NCBI GenBank assembly: GCA_036229005.1
Contig: JAZAMN010000016.1
Span: 1 to 64,000 of the forward strand
Reading direction: 5' to 3'
DNA length: 64,000 nucleotides
Origin: Myxococcota bacterium
Lineage (GTDB): Bacteria > Myxococcota_A > UBA796 > CAJQPC01
This document shows, piece by piece, positions 39,082-48,323 of this stretch (positions within the stretch are counted from its first letter, which is position 1; the number at the start of each line of letters is the position of its first letter). A program made the position numbers and the translations under genes. Under the pieces are notes generated by a model that did not search any database, was not told the DNA's origin, and saw only the letters and a program-made list of their open reading frames with translations.

Positions 39082-41335
39082 CTACCCGCCCCCGCCGCCA
39101 CAGCACCAACACCACGCCCAGCACCCCCCAGAGCCCCCCCACACCACCCCCGCCGCAACCACACCCCTCGGGCGCAGAGACCTGCCCGGAGTCGGCCGGC
39201 AGACCGGTGTCCTCGCGGGTGGCATCGAGTCCGTCGCAGTCCTGGTCCACGCCATCCTGGGGGTGGTCCAGGGCGCCCGGGTACACCGAGGCATCCCCGT
39301 CCTCACAGTCCCCGTTGGGCGTGCCCCACTGGGCCTCGCCGTCGCCATCGCAGAGCAGGTCGGCGCTGAGCACGGTCTGCTCGCTGCGGTAGCCGTCGCC
39401 GTCGGCGTCCTGAAAGCAGAGCTCCTGCCCGTCACAGTCGGAGTCCAGGGCGTCGTCGACCTCCTCGGAGGCGGCGGGGTTCACCTCGGGGTCGCCGTCG
39501 TGGCAATCACCGGGCTCGCCATCGGCGCCGAGCACGCCCTCCTCCGCGCAGTCCAGGTCGCCCAGAGCGGTCTCGCCGGCGTGGAAGTGGTCCTGGTCCG
39601 CATCCAGGTAGCAGAGCTCGCGCCCGTCGCAGTCCTGGTCCACGCCATCGTCCAGAGCCTCGGTCTGGAGAGGAGAGACCGTGGGGTCCGCGTCATCGCA
39701 GTCCCCACCCTCCAGGCTGCCGTCCACCGCCCACGCCTCCGAACAGTCCAGCGCAGACGAGGTCACCGGGTCGCTGGCCCGCACGCCATCGCCGTCCGCG
39801 TCGATCCAGCAGAGCTCCTGGCCGTCGCAGTCCTGGTCCACGCCGTCGTCGGGCAGCTCGAGGGCGCCGGGGTGGATGCTGGGGTCCTCCGGCGCGCAGT
39901 CGCCCAGCGCGCCCGCATAGCCGGAGGGGGCGGCGCAGGCGGTCACCGGGTCGCGGTCCTCCCCGAAGCCGTCGCCGTCATCGTCCGGAAACCAGGCGCG
40001 CAGGCAGGTGCCGTAGACCAGGTGGGCCGCCCCGCCGTCGGTGGCCAGGTCGTCGTCGCCCTCGGCGCCCAGGAGCAGCTCGGCGGCGCCGTCGCCGTTC
40101 AGGTCGGGGACCAGGGCCACGCTGTGCCCCAGGTAGTCGGTGTCGTCGGCGTCCGCGGCCGTCCACTTGGTCTGGGTGGCCGCCTGGAGCCCCGTCACGG
40201 AGCCCAGGAACACATAGGCGGCGCCCGCGTTGGTGGCCGCGCCGTCGTCGTTCCAGGCGCCCACGACCAGGTCCAGCCAGCCGTCGCCGTTTACGTCCTG
40301 GCCGCCAGCCAGAGCCACGCCGAAGTTGTCCCACTTGTCCCCGTCGGCGGCGACCAGGGTGCGCTCGCTGGCCGCCGTCAGGCCCGACACCGAGCCGCTG
40401 TAGACGTAGACCACGCCGTCGTTCTGGGCCGCGTGGTCCGCCAGGTGGGCGCCCACGGCCAGCTCGTCGAAGCCGTCGCCGTCCACGTCGCCGAGACCGG
40501 CGAGGGCGTGGCCAAAGTAGTCCGAGGGCTCCGCGTCGGAGGCGGACAGGGTGACCTCGCTGGCGGGATCCAGTCCGGTGGCTGTGCCGAAGTAGACGTA
40601 GGTGGTGCCGGTGTACCCGGAGTCTCCCTGGGCGCCCACAGCCACATCCCCGAAGCCGTCCCCGTCAAAGTCCCCGTGCCCCAGGGCGTAGCCGAAGCCC
40701 TTGAAGTCGCTGGGGTCGCTGGGCTCCAGGCGCTGCTCGCTGCCCAGGCCTGAGGCGCTGCCCAGGTACAGGTAGACCGCGCCGCCGGAGAGGGCCCCGC
40801 CTGAATGCCCCAGGGCGCCGACCAGAGCGTCGGGGTGGCCGTCTCCATTGACGTCCCCGGCGGAGGCCACGGGGAAGCCGAAGAACTGGCCGGCGTCCGC
40901 GTCGCTGGCGTAGAGATCTTGAGCGTGCGCGAGGCCGGCCGAGCTACCCAGCCAGAGGCTCGCGGTCTCGGCGCCCAGGTCGCCCACGAGCAGGTCGGCC
41001 AGGCCGTCACCGTCCACGTCGCCGAGGCCGGCCAGGCTCCGCCCGAAGCTGGCGCCGGTGCTTGGGGTCAGGGTGTCCTCGCCGGTGGGATCCAGCCCCG
41101 TGGAGGTGCCGCTGTAGACGAAGACTGCGCCGGTGGACCCAGATCCGGGAGCGCCCAGAGCCACCTCCCCGAAGCCGTCCCCATCGACATCGCCCAAGGC
41201 CGTGACCCAGGCGCCGGCTTGGGCGTAAGCCTGGGAGCTGGCGGGGCTGAGCTTGGCGGAGGCGGCGAGGGAGAGGCGCGCGGCGGCGGGCGCGCTGGCG
41301 TCGGGCAGGGTGGTGCAGGCGAGCAGCCAGATCAT
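39082..41335 (-). CDS. FG-GAP beta-propeller + Cys/Asp (MopE-like) repeat surface protein with a MYXO-CTERM-like tail; the natural stop appears 1 nt out of frame (ORF as given runs on to 38714)
   Basis: ~7 GDVDGDG repeats, four 'DC.D.DP.+.PG..E..DDG+DQDCDG' repeats, GCGC-linker-TM-RRGR followed by an out-of-frame TAG. Confidence 0.85.
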
Positions 41336-41357
41336 GCCTGCACCCTACCCCGGGGGC

Positions 41358-43583
41358 TCACTCGCAGAAGCTGCCCAGCCCCACCACTGCGCTGTTGTCC
41401 TTCTCGTCGCACTCCTTGGCCGCACCCCAGCCCGAGGAGCCGGCGCGGTCGGGGTCGTCGATGACGGCCACGAGCTTGTCGTAGCTGGCCCAGTCGGCCA
41501 CCTCGAAGCGGATGCCGGAGGTGAGCTCACCGGGGCCGATGTCCACGGGCACGGTGTAGGTGTCGATCAGGATGTCGACGCCGCCGCTGCGGCCGTAGAG
41601 GGAGAGCAGCGCGCCGCCGGAGACGGTGATGTAGGCGCCCTCGTTGGCGATCTGGACGTCCAGCACGACGGGCTCACCGCAGGCGGCCTGGCAGGTGCTG
41701 GTCTCCAGGTACAGGTTGGGGGCGGCCTTGGCGCCGAACTCCCCGGGGGCCTGCTGGCGGAAGGAGTTCAGGTCGTCGGAGTCGTAGGGCGCGTAGTTGG
41801 GGGACGCGGTGCCGACGGTGCCGTCCTGGTCGATGTTGTTGACGTAGTAGGCGTGCTGGTTCCAGTGGGGGCGGGCGCTGACCCAGTCGTCGTCCGCGGC
41901 GCCGAGCACGTAGATGCCGTAGGCGTCCTCGTCGTCGGGGCTGGGGGAGTTGACGGCCACGATCTCGGCCTTGCCGTCGGCGTCGACGTCGGCGACCAGG
42001 GGGTACTCGTGGATGGTCCAGGAGTGGTGGTTCTCGTCCTCCAGCACGGTGACGAAGCGCTCCCAGGGGTCCAGGCCGGCGCTGGCGTCGATCTGCCAGA
42101 CGTAGACGGCGTACTCGTCGGAGAACACGACCTCGGCCTGCTCGTCGCCGTTGAAGTCGAACACGGTGCCGCCGGTGCTGGCCGAGCTCCAGTCCTTGGT
42201 GGGGGCCATGGCGTAGCGCTCGAGCTGGCCGCCGCTGACGTCGTAGACGGTGTAGTAGCAGGCGCCGGAGACGCCGACCTCGGGCTTGCCGTCGCCGTCG
42301 AAGTCCGCGATGGTGGGCTGGCCGCCGAAGCTGCGCCGGGTCTCGTCGCAGGAGTAGGGGTGCGTGGGCAGGCCCAGGGACTCGGTGAAGGGGTCGTTGG
42401 AGATGGTCGAGACGGCCTGGCACACCCCGTTGCTGTCCGGGGCGCCCTTGTACAGGGAGACGCTCTGGTTGCCGGAGAGGATGATCTCGGGCACGCCGTC
42501 CTTGGACATCAGGTCGGCCACGGCGGGGTAGCCGTCCTCGGCCTCCACGAAGCTGGAGCCGGAGCCGCGGCCCAGGCGGCAGTAGAGGGAGCCGTCGGCG
42601 TTGTAGACGCTGTTGCCGGCCACGACCTCGAGCTCCAGGCCGTCGCCGTCCATGTCGTAGGCGAAGGCGTGGTAGCCGCTGTTCCAGTAGCCCTCGACGC
42701 CCACCATCCAGGCGTTGTACCAGGCCGCGCCGTAGCCGCCGGTCCACAGCAGGCTCATGTCCCGGCCGTCGTAGACGCCGTCGCCCAGGATGACCTCGAC
42801 GTTGCCGTCGGCGTCCAGGTCGGCCAGCGCGGGGGCGTGGGACTGGCACCAGATCTTCTCGTCGGAGACCGCCTCCAGGCTGATCTTCCCGCTCTTGGAC
42901 ACCTCGTAGGTGGCCGCCATGCAGTTGGCGTCGTTGCCGTTGACGCGGCCCTCCTCGTCCATCACCACGGTGGCGATCTCGGTGAGGCCGTCGCCGTCCA
43001 GGTCGGCCATGGCCACGCCGGCGAAGATGTAGGGGGCGACCTGCTCGCCGTTCCAGGTGCTCCAGAGGGTGGAGTCGTGGACCTTGCTGCCATCGCCGGA
43101 GATCAGGCGCAGGGTGGAGCGCTTGGCGTCGGCGCTGGTCTCGTCCAGCTCGTCGCCCATGAGCACGGCGATGTCGGGGGTGTCGGATTCGCTGACCACG
43201 CCGTCGCCGTCGTCGTCGGTGGCCTGGCCGACGGCGGGGGACTGGAACACGCCGCGGTGCGACTCCGACTCGGTGAAGGTGTAGGCGGGCACGGTGCTGC
43301 CGCTGGCGGGATCCACGATGGCGTGGGTCATGGCCCACTCGACGGTGGCCGAGAAGGGCAGGCCGCTGGGCTCCGGCTCGTAGCTGCAGTCGCTCAGGGT
43401 GCTGACGCTGCCCGCGCTGGGCGGGGCGGGGCACTCATCGGCGGGATCGCCGGTGTCATCGGGGTTCCCGGTGTCGTCCACGGGCTGGGTGTCCCCGCTG
43501 CCGGTGTCGTCGGCCAGGTTGGGGTCGCCCCCGCGGTCATTGAAGCGGTTGCTGCAGGCCAACAGGAGCAACAGGGCGGTCAT
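41358..43583 (-). CDS. FG-GAP/VCBS repeat lipoprotein with a C-terminal Ig-like (CARDB-like) domain
   Basis: LLAC lipobox; ADLDGDG repeats, T..DWSS..TG.TVFDFNGD, WNQHAY, NSFRQ, ECDE.DN. Confidence 0.9.
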   Translation of the reverse strand: MTALLLLLACSNRFNDRGGDPNLADDTGSGDTQPVDDTGNPDDTGDPADECPAPPSAGSVSTLSDCSYEPEPSGLPFSATVEWAMTHAIVDPASGSTVPAYTFTESESHRGVFQSPAVGQATDDDGDGVVSESDTPDIAVLMGDELDETSADAKRSTLRLISGDGSKVHDSTLWSTWNGEQVAPYIFAGVAMADLDGDGLTEIATVVMDEEGRVNGNDANCMAATYEVSKSGKISLEAVSDEKIWCQSHAPALADLDADGNVEVILGDGVYDGRDMSLLWTGGYGAAWYNAWMVGVEGYWNSGYHAFAYDMDGDGLELEVVAGNSVYNADGSLYCRLGRGSGSSFVEAEDGYPAVADLMSKDGVPEIILSGNQSVSLYKGAPDSNGVCQAVSTISNDPFTESLGLPTHPYSCDETRRSFGGQPTIADFDGDGKPEVGVSGACYYTVYDVSGGQLERYAMAPTKDWSSASTGGTVFDFNGDEQAEVVFSDEYAVYVWQIDASAGLDPWERFVTVLEDENHHSWTIHEYPLVADVDADGKAEIVAVNSPSPDDEDAYGIYVLGAADDDWVSARPHWNQHAYYVNNIDQDGTVGTASPNYAPYDSDDLNSFRQQAPGEFGAKAAPNLYLETSTCQAACGEPVVLDVQIANEGAYITVSGGALLSLYGRSGGVDILIDTYTVPVDIGPGELTSGIRFEVADWASYDKLVAVIDDPDRAGSSGWGAAKECDEKDNSAVVGLGSFCE

Positions 43584-43679
43584 GGGAACTCCGGGAAGAG
43601 ATCGGCCGTATACCCGCTTGATCCGGGATCCGCCCGTACAAGCGCGCGGGAACGCGCCGCGGCGTCGACCCGCCGACCG

Positions 43680-43762
43680 TGCGGAGTTCTCCGCATGGGG
43701 GCCAACTGTCACCCTTGCGTAAGCGCAAGTTCGGCTAAACGGGGCCCAGTCTGCGCTAAGGT
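43680..43762. promoter_or_regulatory. Divergent promoter region of the putative PGA operon: two inverted repeats and a TAAGGT -10-like hexamer
   Basis: TGCGGAG-TT-CTCCGCA (43680-43695), CTTGCG-TAAG-CGCAAG (43714-43729), GGCTAAACGG (43733-43742), TAAGGT (43757-43762). Confidence 0.45.
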
Positions 43763-43767
43763 CCAAT

Positions 43768-45462
43768 GTGATGAACCAGAAGTCCCCCCAGACCCGGCTC
43801 TCCCGCCTGGGCCTGAGCTCCCCCGAGGAGCTGGGGCGGGTGGGCTTTGCCCTGGGATTCTCGGGGCTTGTGGGCATCGCCATGGCCGCCGGGCCGCAGC
43901 CGCTCTCGGACCTGCTGGCCGGGCCCCTCAGCGCGGGCGAGCACCCCCAGGTGATCGTCGTCTCCATGGACGGCGCGCAGGGGATCGTGGACTGGCAGGA
44001 GACCGCCGACCGCGCCCGAGCCATCGGCGTGCCCGTGGTCGCCGCCGTACACCCCCCCGCGGGGCAGCTCAACGCCCAGGGCCTGGACCCCATGCTGGAC
44101 GTCCAGGACGACCTGGGTCTGAGCCCCGGCTGGGACGGCACCCACCGCACCTGGCGCGCCGCCCAGGGCAACCGCGCCACCTTCCCCGCGCGCATCCGCT
44201 GGGCCGCCGGGGAGCCCGTCTCCGGACGCCTGCAGCTCGGTGGGGACGCCCCCGCGACCCTGCACTACAGCCACCTGCCCTACCTGGCCCCCGAGTCCCT
44301 GGGTGACGCGATCGTCCTGCTGGGCGAGACCGACCCCTGGGTGGCGCCCATGGTCCAGACCGCGTTCGGGGAGCTCCCCCTGGTCGAGGTCGTCTCCCGC
44401 GCCGTGGCCTCCCCCGAACAGGCCCCGGCCAACGCGGGCTGGGTGGCGCTGCTCTCCGCGCTCGTGGGGCTCTTTGGCGCCCTCTCCGTGGTCTCGACGA
44501 GGCGGCTCCAGATGGCCGCAGCAGGTGGGCTCACCGCCTTGGCTGGCTCGGCCTCCGCGCTGGCGTTGGGCTCCTGGCTCCCCGTCGAGGCCCTGCTGAG
44601 CGCGGGCATCACCGGCGCCTCCGTGGCCGGGCTGCTGCTCTGGTCCCGCCACCACCTGGACTTCGTGTCCCTGGTGGACCGCGCCATCTGGACCCTCAAC
44701 GTCCAGCCCTCCCGCTCCCAGGTCGAAGAGAGCTGGCTGGAGCTGGCCGTCGCCGCCGTCGAGCTGGGCGTGGCCTCGGAGGCCTACGTGATGGAGGGCC
44801 AGGGCGACGCCGCCACTCTCCAGGCCGCCGCCGACCGCCGCGGCGTGCTGCGCATCGACCGCCTGCCCCCGCCCTTCCCCGACCCCCTGGTCATGCGCCT
44901 GCCCCTCTACGCGGGCCGCCAGGGCCAGCTCGTGATGCGGCGGGCCCCCGGCGCCGCCACCGAGCTGCGCGCCCTGCGCACCCTGGCCGCCCACCAGGCC
45001 CGCGCCCTGGGGGAGCAGCCCGAGCGCTTCAACCGCGACAAGGGCTACCTGGCCCAGGGCGTCGCGATGGTCGAGGCCGCCTTCGACAGCCTGCTCCAGC
45101 GCAACCGCGGCCTCTCCGGCGCGGTGGCCTCCGGGGTCGGCGCGCGCGCCCTCTTCGATCCCCTGGGGCGCCTGGTCCAGTCCGATGCCCGCATCGAGGC
45201 CGTGATCTTCCCCCAGGGCCGCCCCATGAACCCATCCCTGGTGCAGGTCTGGACCGCCCTGGGCGGCGCCGGCTACGACGTGTCCGAGGTCCTCACCGGC
45301 GGCAGCACCCGCCGCCTGGTCCTGGCCGATGGCGGCCTGCTGGCCCTCTCGGCCGTGTTGGACGGACACCGCCTGCGCGGCATGCTGCTGGAGTACCTCC
45401 CGGCCCAGGACGCCCCGGCCGCGCAGCCCTCCACCCAGCGGGCGAGCTTCCGCAAGCGCTGA
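43768..45462 (+). CDS. Membrane protein with a degenerate CHASE2-like extracytoplasmic region, 3 TMs and a cytoplasmic tail ending in a PAS-like segment
   Basis: N-terminal TM; 'L.D.IVLLG.T.P....' then three TMs (CHASE2-like arrangement); ALFDPLGRLV near the C-terminus; no kinase or GGDEF motif. Confidence 0.6.
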   Translation: MMNQKSPQTRLSRLGLSSPEELGRVGFALGFSGLVGIAMAAGPQPLSDLLAGPLSAGEHPQVIVVSMDGAQGIVDWQETADRARAIGVPVVAAVHPPAGQLNAQGLDPMLDVQDDLGLSPGWDGTHRTWRAAQGNRATFPARIRWAAGEPVSGRLQLGGDAPATLHYSHLPYLAPESLGDAIVLLGETDPWVAPMVQTAFGELPLVEVVSRAVASPEQAPANAGWVALLSALVGLFGALSVVSTRRLQMAAAGGLTALAGSASALALGSWLPVEALLSAGITGASVAGLLLWSRHHLDFVSLVDRAIWTLNVQPSRSQVEESWLELAVAAVELGVASEAYVMEGQGDAATLQAAADRRGVLRIDRLPPPFPDPLVMRLPLYAGRQGQLVMRRAPGAATELRALRTLAAHQARALGEQPERFNRDKGYLAQGVAMVEAAFDSLLQRNRGLSGAVASGVGARALFDPLGRLVQSDARIEAVIFPQGRPMNPSLVQVWTALGGAGYDVSEVLTGGSTRRLVLADGGLLALSAVLDGHRLRGMLLEYLPAQDAPAAQPSTQRASFRKR

Positions 45463-45503
45463 GCGCACCGGGCGCCTGAGTCCCCGCAAGGCTAAACGGC
45501 TGC

Positions 45504-48323
45504 ATGTTCTCCATCTTTCCCGCCGCGCTGGTGGACAACAGCCTGCTGACCGCGGTGCTGGTGGGGGTGGTGCTGCTGTGGTGGATGGCCGAGCGCTTTG
45601 GCTGGCCGGCCACCGGCCTGGTCGTTCCCGGCTACGTCGGCGCCGTGCTCTGCACCCGCCCCGAGGCGGCCCTGGTCATCCTGCTGGAGTCGGTGATCAC
45701 CTACGGCGTGGCCCACCTGGTGGGGCGCCTGCTGCCCCGGTGGCTGCCCTGGGACCGCAGCTTCGGACGCGACCGCTTCTTCCTGATCATCCTGGCCTCC
45801 ATCGCCGTGCGCGTGCTGGTGGAGGGCGAGTTCGGCCAGGGTCTCCTCGCTGGCACCGGGCTGTCCCTGTCCCAGGGCTGGCACTCCCTGGGCCTGGTGT
45901 TGGTCCCCCTGACCGCGAACGCCTTCTGGAAGCCTGGCCTCGGCCGCGGCCTGCCCCTGGTCGTGCTGCCCACGCTGGTGGTCTACGCCCTGCTGCGCTT
46001 CGTGCTGCTGCCGTTGACCAACCTGGACTTCGCCCAGTTCGAGCTCACCTACGAGGACCTGCGCTTCTCCTTTCTGGAGGCCCCGCGCGAGTACGTGATG
46101 GTGCTGCTGGGTACGCTGATCGCCTCCCACGCCACCAACCGCTACGGCTGGGACTTCGGCGGCATCATCGTCTGCGGCCTGCTGGCCATCTCCTGGCTGA
46201 CGCCGGCCAAGCTGGTCGCCACCCTGGCCGAGGTGACCCTGGTCGTGTTCCTGCTGCGGGGGCTCACGCGCTTCTCCCCGCTGCGCTCCGCGAACCTGAC
46301 CGGCCTGCGCCCCATCGTGCTGGCCTTCGCCCTCAGCTACCTGGTCAAGCTGGTGGTGGCCTGGATCTTCCAAGGCACCTGGCCCGGCTTCCGCATCGGC
46401 GAGGTGTTCGGCTTCGGCTACCTGCTGCCGGCCATCATCTCGGTGCGCGTGTACCGCTACAAGGGCTTCGCGCGCGTGCTCGTGCCGGCGCTGGGCATCT
46501 CCCTGGTGGCCTTCATCCTGGGCCAGGCCCTGGGCATCGTGGTCGTGGAGCTGCGCGGCGGCGACCTGCCCGAGCAGGAGCAGCACCTGGCGTCCTCCCG
46601 CGCCCTGCCGGCGACCCAGGCCCTGCACCAGCACCTGGTCCCGCCGCCCGCCTCCCCCCTGCGCGTCGACAACGAGCTGAGCATCGCCCTGAGCGCCGCC
46701 CGGTCCGGCCGCGGGTGGAGCGGGGAGCAGCTCGAGGTCCAAGCCCTGGAGGGCGGCGCGCTGCTGCACTCGGGGGACAGCGGGGCGGCCGGGGTGGCCT
46801 GGTTCCGTCCCAAGGCATCGGGCGGGCTGGAGCTGGTGGTCCCAGACGCTGTGCGCACGCCGGGCCTGGCCGAGGCGGCTGTCGCAGTGGCGGAGACCCT
46901 GGATGCCGAGCTGGTCCTGCTCTCTCCCAGCGAGGATCTACAACGTCAGGCCCATCGGCGCGGTCGCCTGGTGATGGAGCTGCGCGCAGGCGAGGCCACC
47001 GAGCTGCTGGCCAACAAGCAGCTCCCGCAGGAGCTCGACCTGGCGGCGCTGACGCGCCTGGTCCCCCAGCCAAACACCCGCTTTGACCTGGACTCCGGAG
47101 CGCTCGATCTGGCCCTGAGCCTGTCGGAGGCCGACCGCCTGCGTCTGGCGCTGGAGTCGGGCAGCTCCCGCTACGTGGGCTCGGGTCGCGGAGCGCTCTG
47201 GGACCCCGAGAGCGGCCCGCGGCCCACCGAGCACGACCCCCGCGGCGGCCTCGAGGTCGGGCAGCTCGCCCTGCTGGAGCGCGGGGTGCTGCGCCCCATC
47301 CTGCTGGCCATGCAGGGCGGGGATCCGGGCTGGCTGCGGGTGGCCTCGTCGCACGCAGAGGCCCTGGGGTTGGTGCTCCAGGACGACGGCGAGGTGGTGA
47401 GCCTGGCCCCCCAGGACAGCACCGAGCCCCCTCGCTTCACGCTCTACCTGCGGCGCGGCGGAGAGCCCCTGGCGATCGAGGTCCGCTCGGCCGGCCGCCA
47501 CAGCAACGCAGACAAGGTGGGGCTGGGCTGGTGGGGCCAGTCGGACGCGATGGCGCTGCTGGTGCACGACTCGCGGGCGGATCTGGACGCCGCCGCGACC
47601 ACCCGGGCGGGGGCCTTCGCGCCGGAGCTGGCGGTGCTGCTGACCCTGACCCGCGAGCTCCCGGGGCTGCAGGTGCTGGCCCTGACGGCCGCGCGGGAGG
47701 ACGAGGTCCCCGGCGCCCAGGCGGTGGTCTCCCTGGGGCGCCCGGTGCTGCCGGTCTATGACGCGGCCACGGAGCTGATGTGGACGGCGCGCGGGCTGGT
47801 GCACCACGCGGGCGGGCGCAGCGCCTGGTACGACGCGGACGTGCAGCGCATCCGCTTCTACGACCCGGCCAACCCCCGGCGGGACGCGGTGCGTGCGGCG
47901 GGCGGTGAGTACGTCACGGTGTACCTGGACCCGGTGTTCCGCCTCCGCTACGCGGGGATCGAGCCGGACAGCCCCCTGCGGGCGATGCTGGACCACGCGG
48001 GGATCCCGGTGTCCCAGGGCAGCCTGGAGCAGGCGCTGCGGGGACTGGAGCAGCCGATCGATGCGGTGTTCGGGCCCAGCCTGTCCTCGCTGGTGGCGCT
48101 CAGTGCGACGGGACACCCCGAGCACCTCAAGGTCCTGGCGGTGGAGGCGCGATCCCAGGGCATCCAGGTCTCCGCCTTCTTCGACCCCCTCAGCCAGCTC
48201 ACCTACCTGCGCCTGGACAAGGGCGGCGCCACGGTGATCGCGCCGATGGGGCTCAGCGAGGGGAGCGTGGATCCGCGCTTCCTGCCCGGTCCGGAGCTGC
48301 CCACCCAGCGGGGGACGCCATGA
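45504..48323 (+). CDS. pgsC: Poly-gamma-glutamate biosynthesis PgsC/CapC-family protein (tandem CapC) fused to a large extracytoplasmic region
   Basis: ERFGWPATGLVVPGYVG (CapC signature), FGRDRF, SLGLVLVPLTAN; second copy YGWDFGGIIVCGLLA...GFGYLLPAII. Confidence 0.88.
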   Translation: MFSIFPAALVDNSLLTAVLVGVVLLWWMAERFGWPATGLVVPGYVGAVLCTRPEAALVILLESVITYGVAHLVGRLLPRWLPWDRSFGRDRFFLIILASIAVRVLVEGEFGQGLLAGTGLSLSQGWHSLGLVLVPLTANAFWKPGLGRGLPLVVLPTLVVYALLRFVLLPLTNLDFAQFELTYEDLRFSFLEAPREYVMVLLGTLIASHATNRYGWDFGGIIVCGLLAISWLTPAKLVATLAEVTLVVFLLRGLTRFSPLRSANLTGLRPIVLAFALSYLVKLVVAWIFQGTWPGFRIGEVFGFGYLLPAIISVRVYRYKGFARVLVPALGISLVAFILGQALGIVVVELRGGDLPEQEQHLASSRALPATQALHQHLVPPPASPLRVDNELSIALSAARSGRGWSGEQLEVQALEGGALLHSGDSGAAGVAWFRPKASGGLELVVPDAVRTPGLAEAAVAVAETLDAELVLLSPSEDLQRQAHRRGRLVMELRAGEATELLANKQLPQELDLAALTRLVPQPNTRFDLDSGALDLALSLSEADRLRLALESGSSRYVGSGRGALWDPESGPRPTEHDPRGGLEVGQLALLERGVLRPILLAMQGGDPGWLRVASSHAEALGLVLQDDGEVVSLAPQDSTEPPRFTLYLRRGGEPLAIEVRSAGRHSNADKVGLGWWGQSDAMALLVHDSRADLDAAATTRAGAFAPELAVLLTLTRELPGLQVLALTAAREDEVPGAQAVVSLGRPVLPVYDAATELMWTARGLVHHAGGRSAWYDADVQRIRFYDPANPRRDAVRAAGGEYVTVYLDPVFRLRYAGIEPDSPLRAMLDHAGIPVSQGSLEQALRGLEQPIDAVFGPSLSSLVALSATGHPEHLKVLAVEARSQGIQVSAFFDPLSQLTYLRLDKGGATVIAPMGLSEGSVDPRFLPGPELPTQRGTP

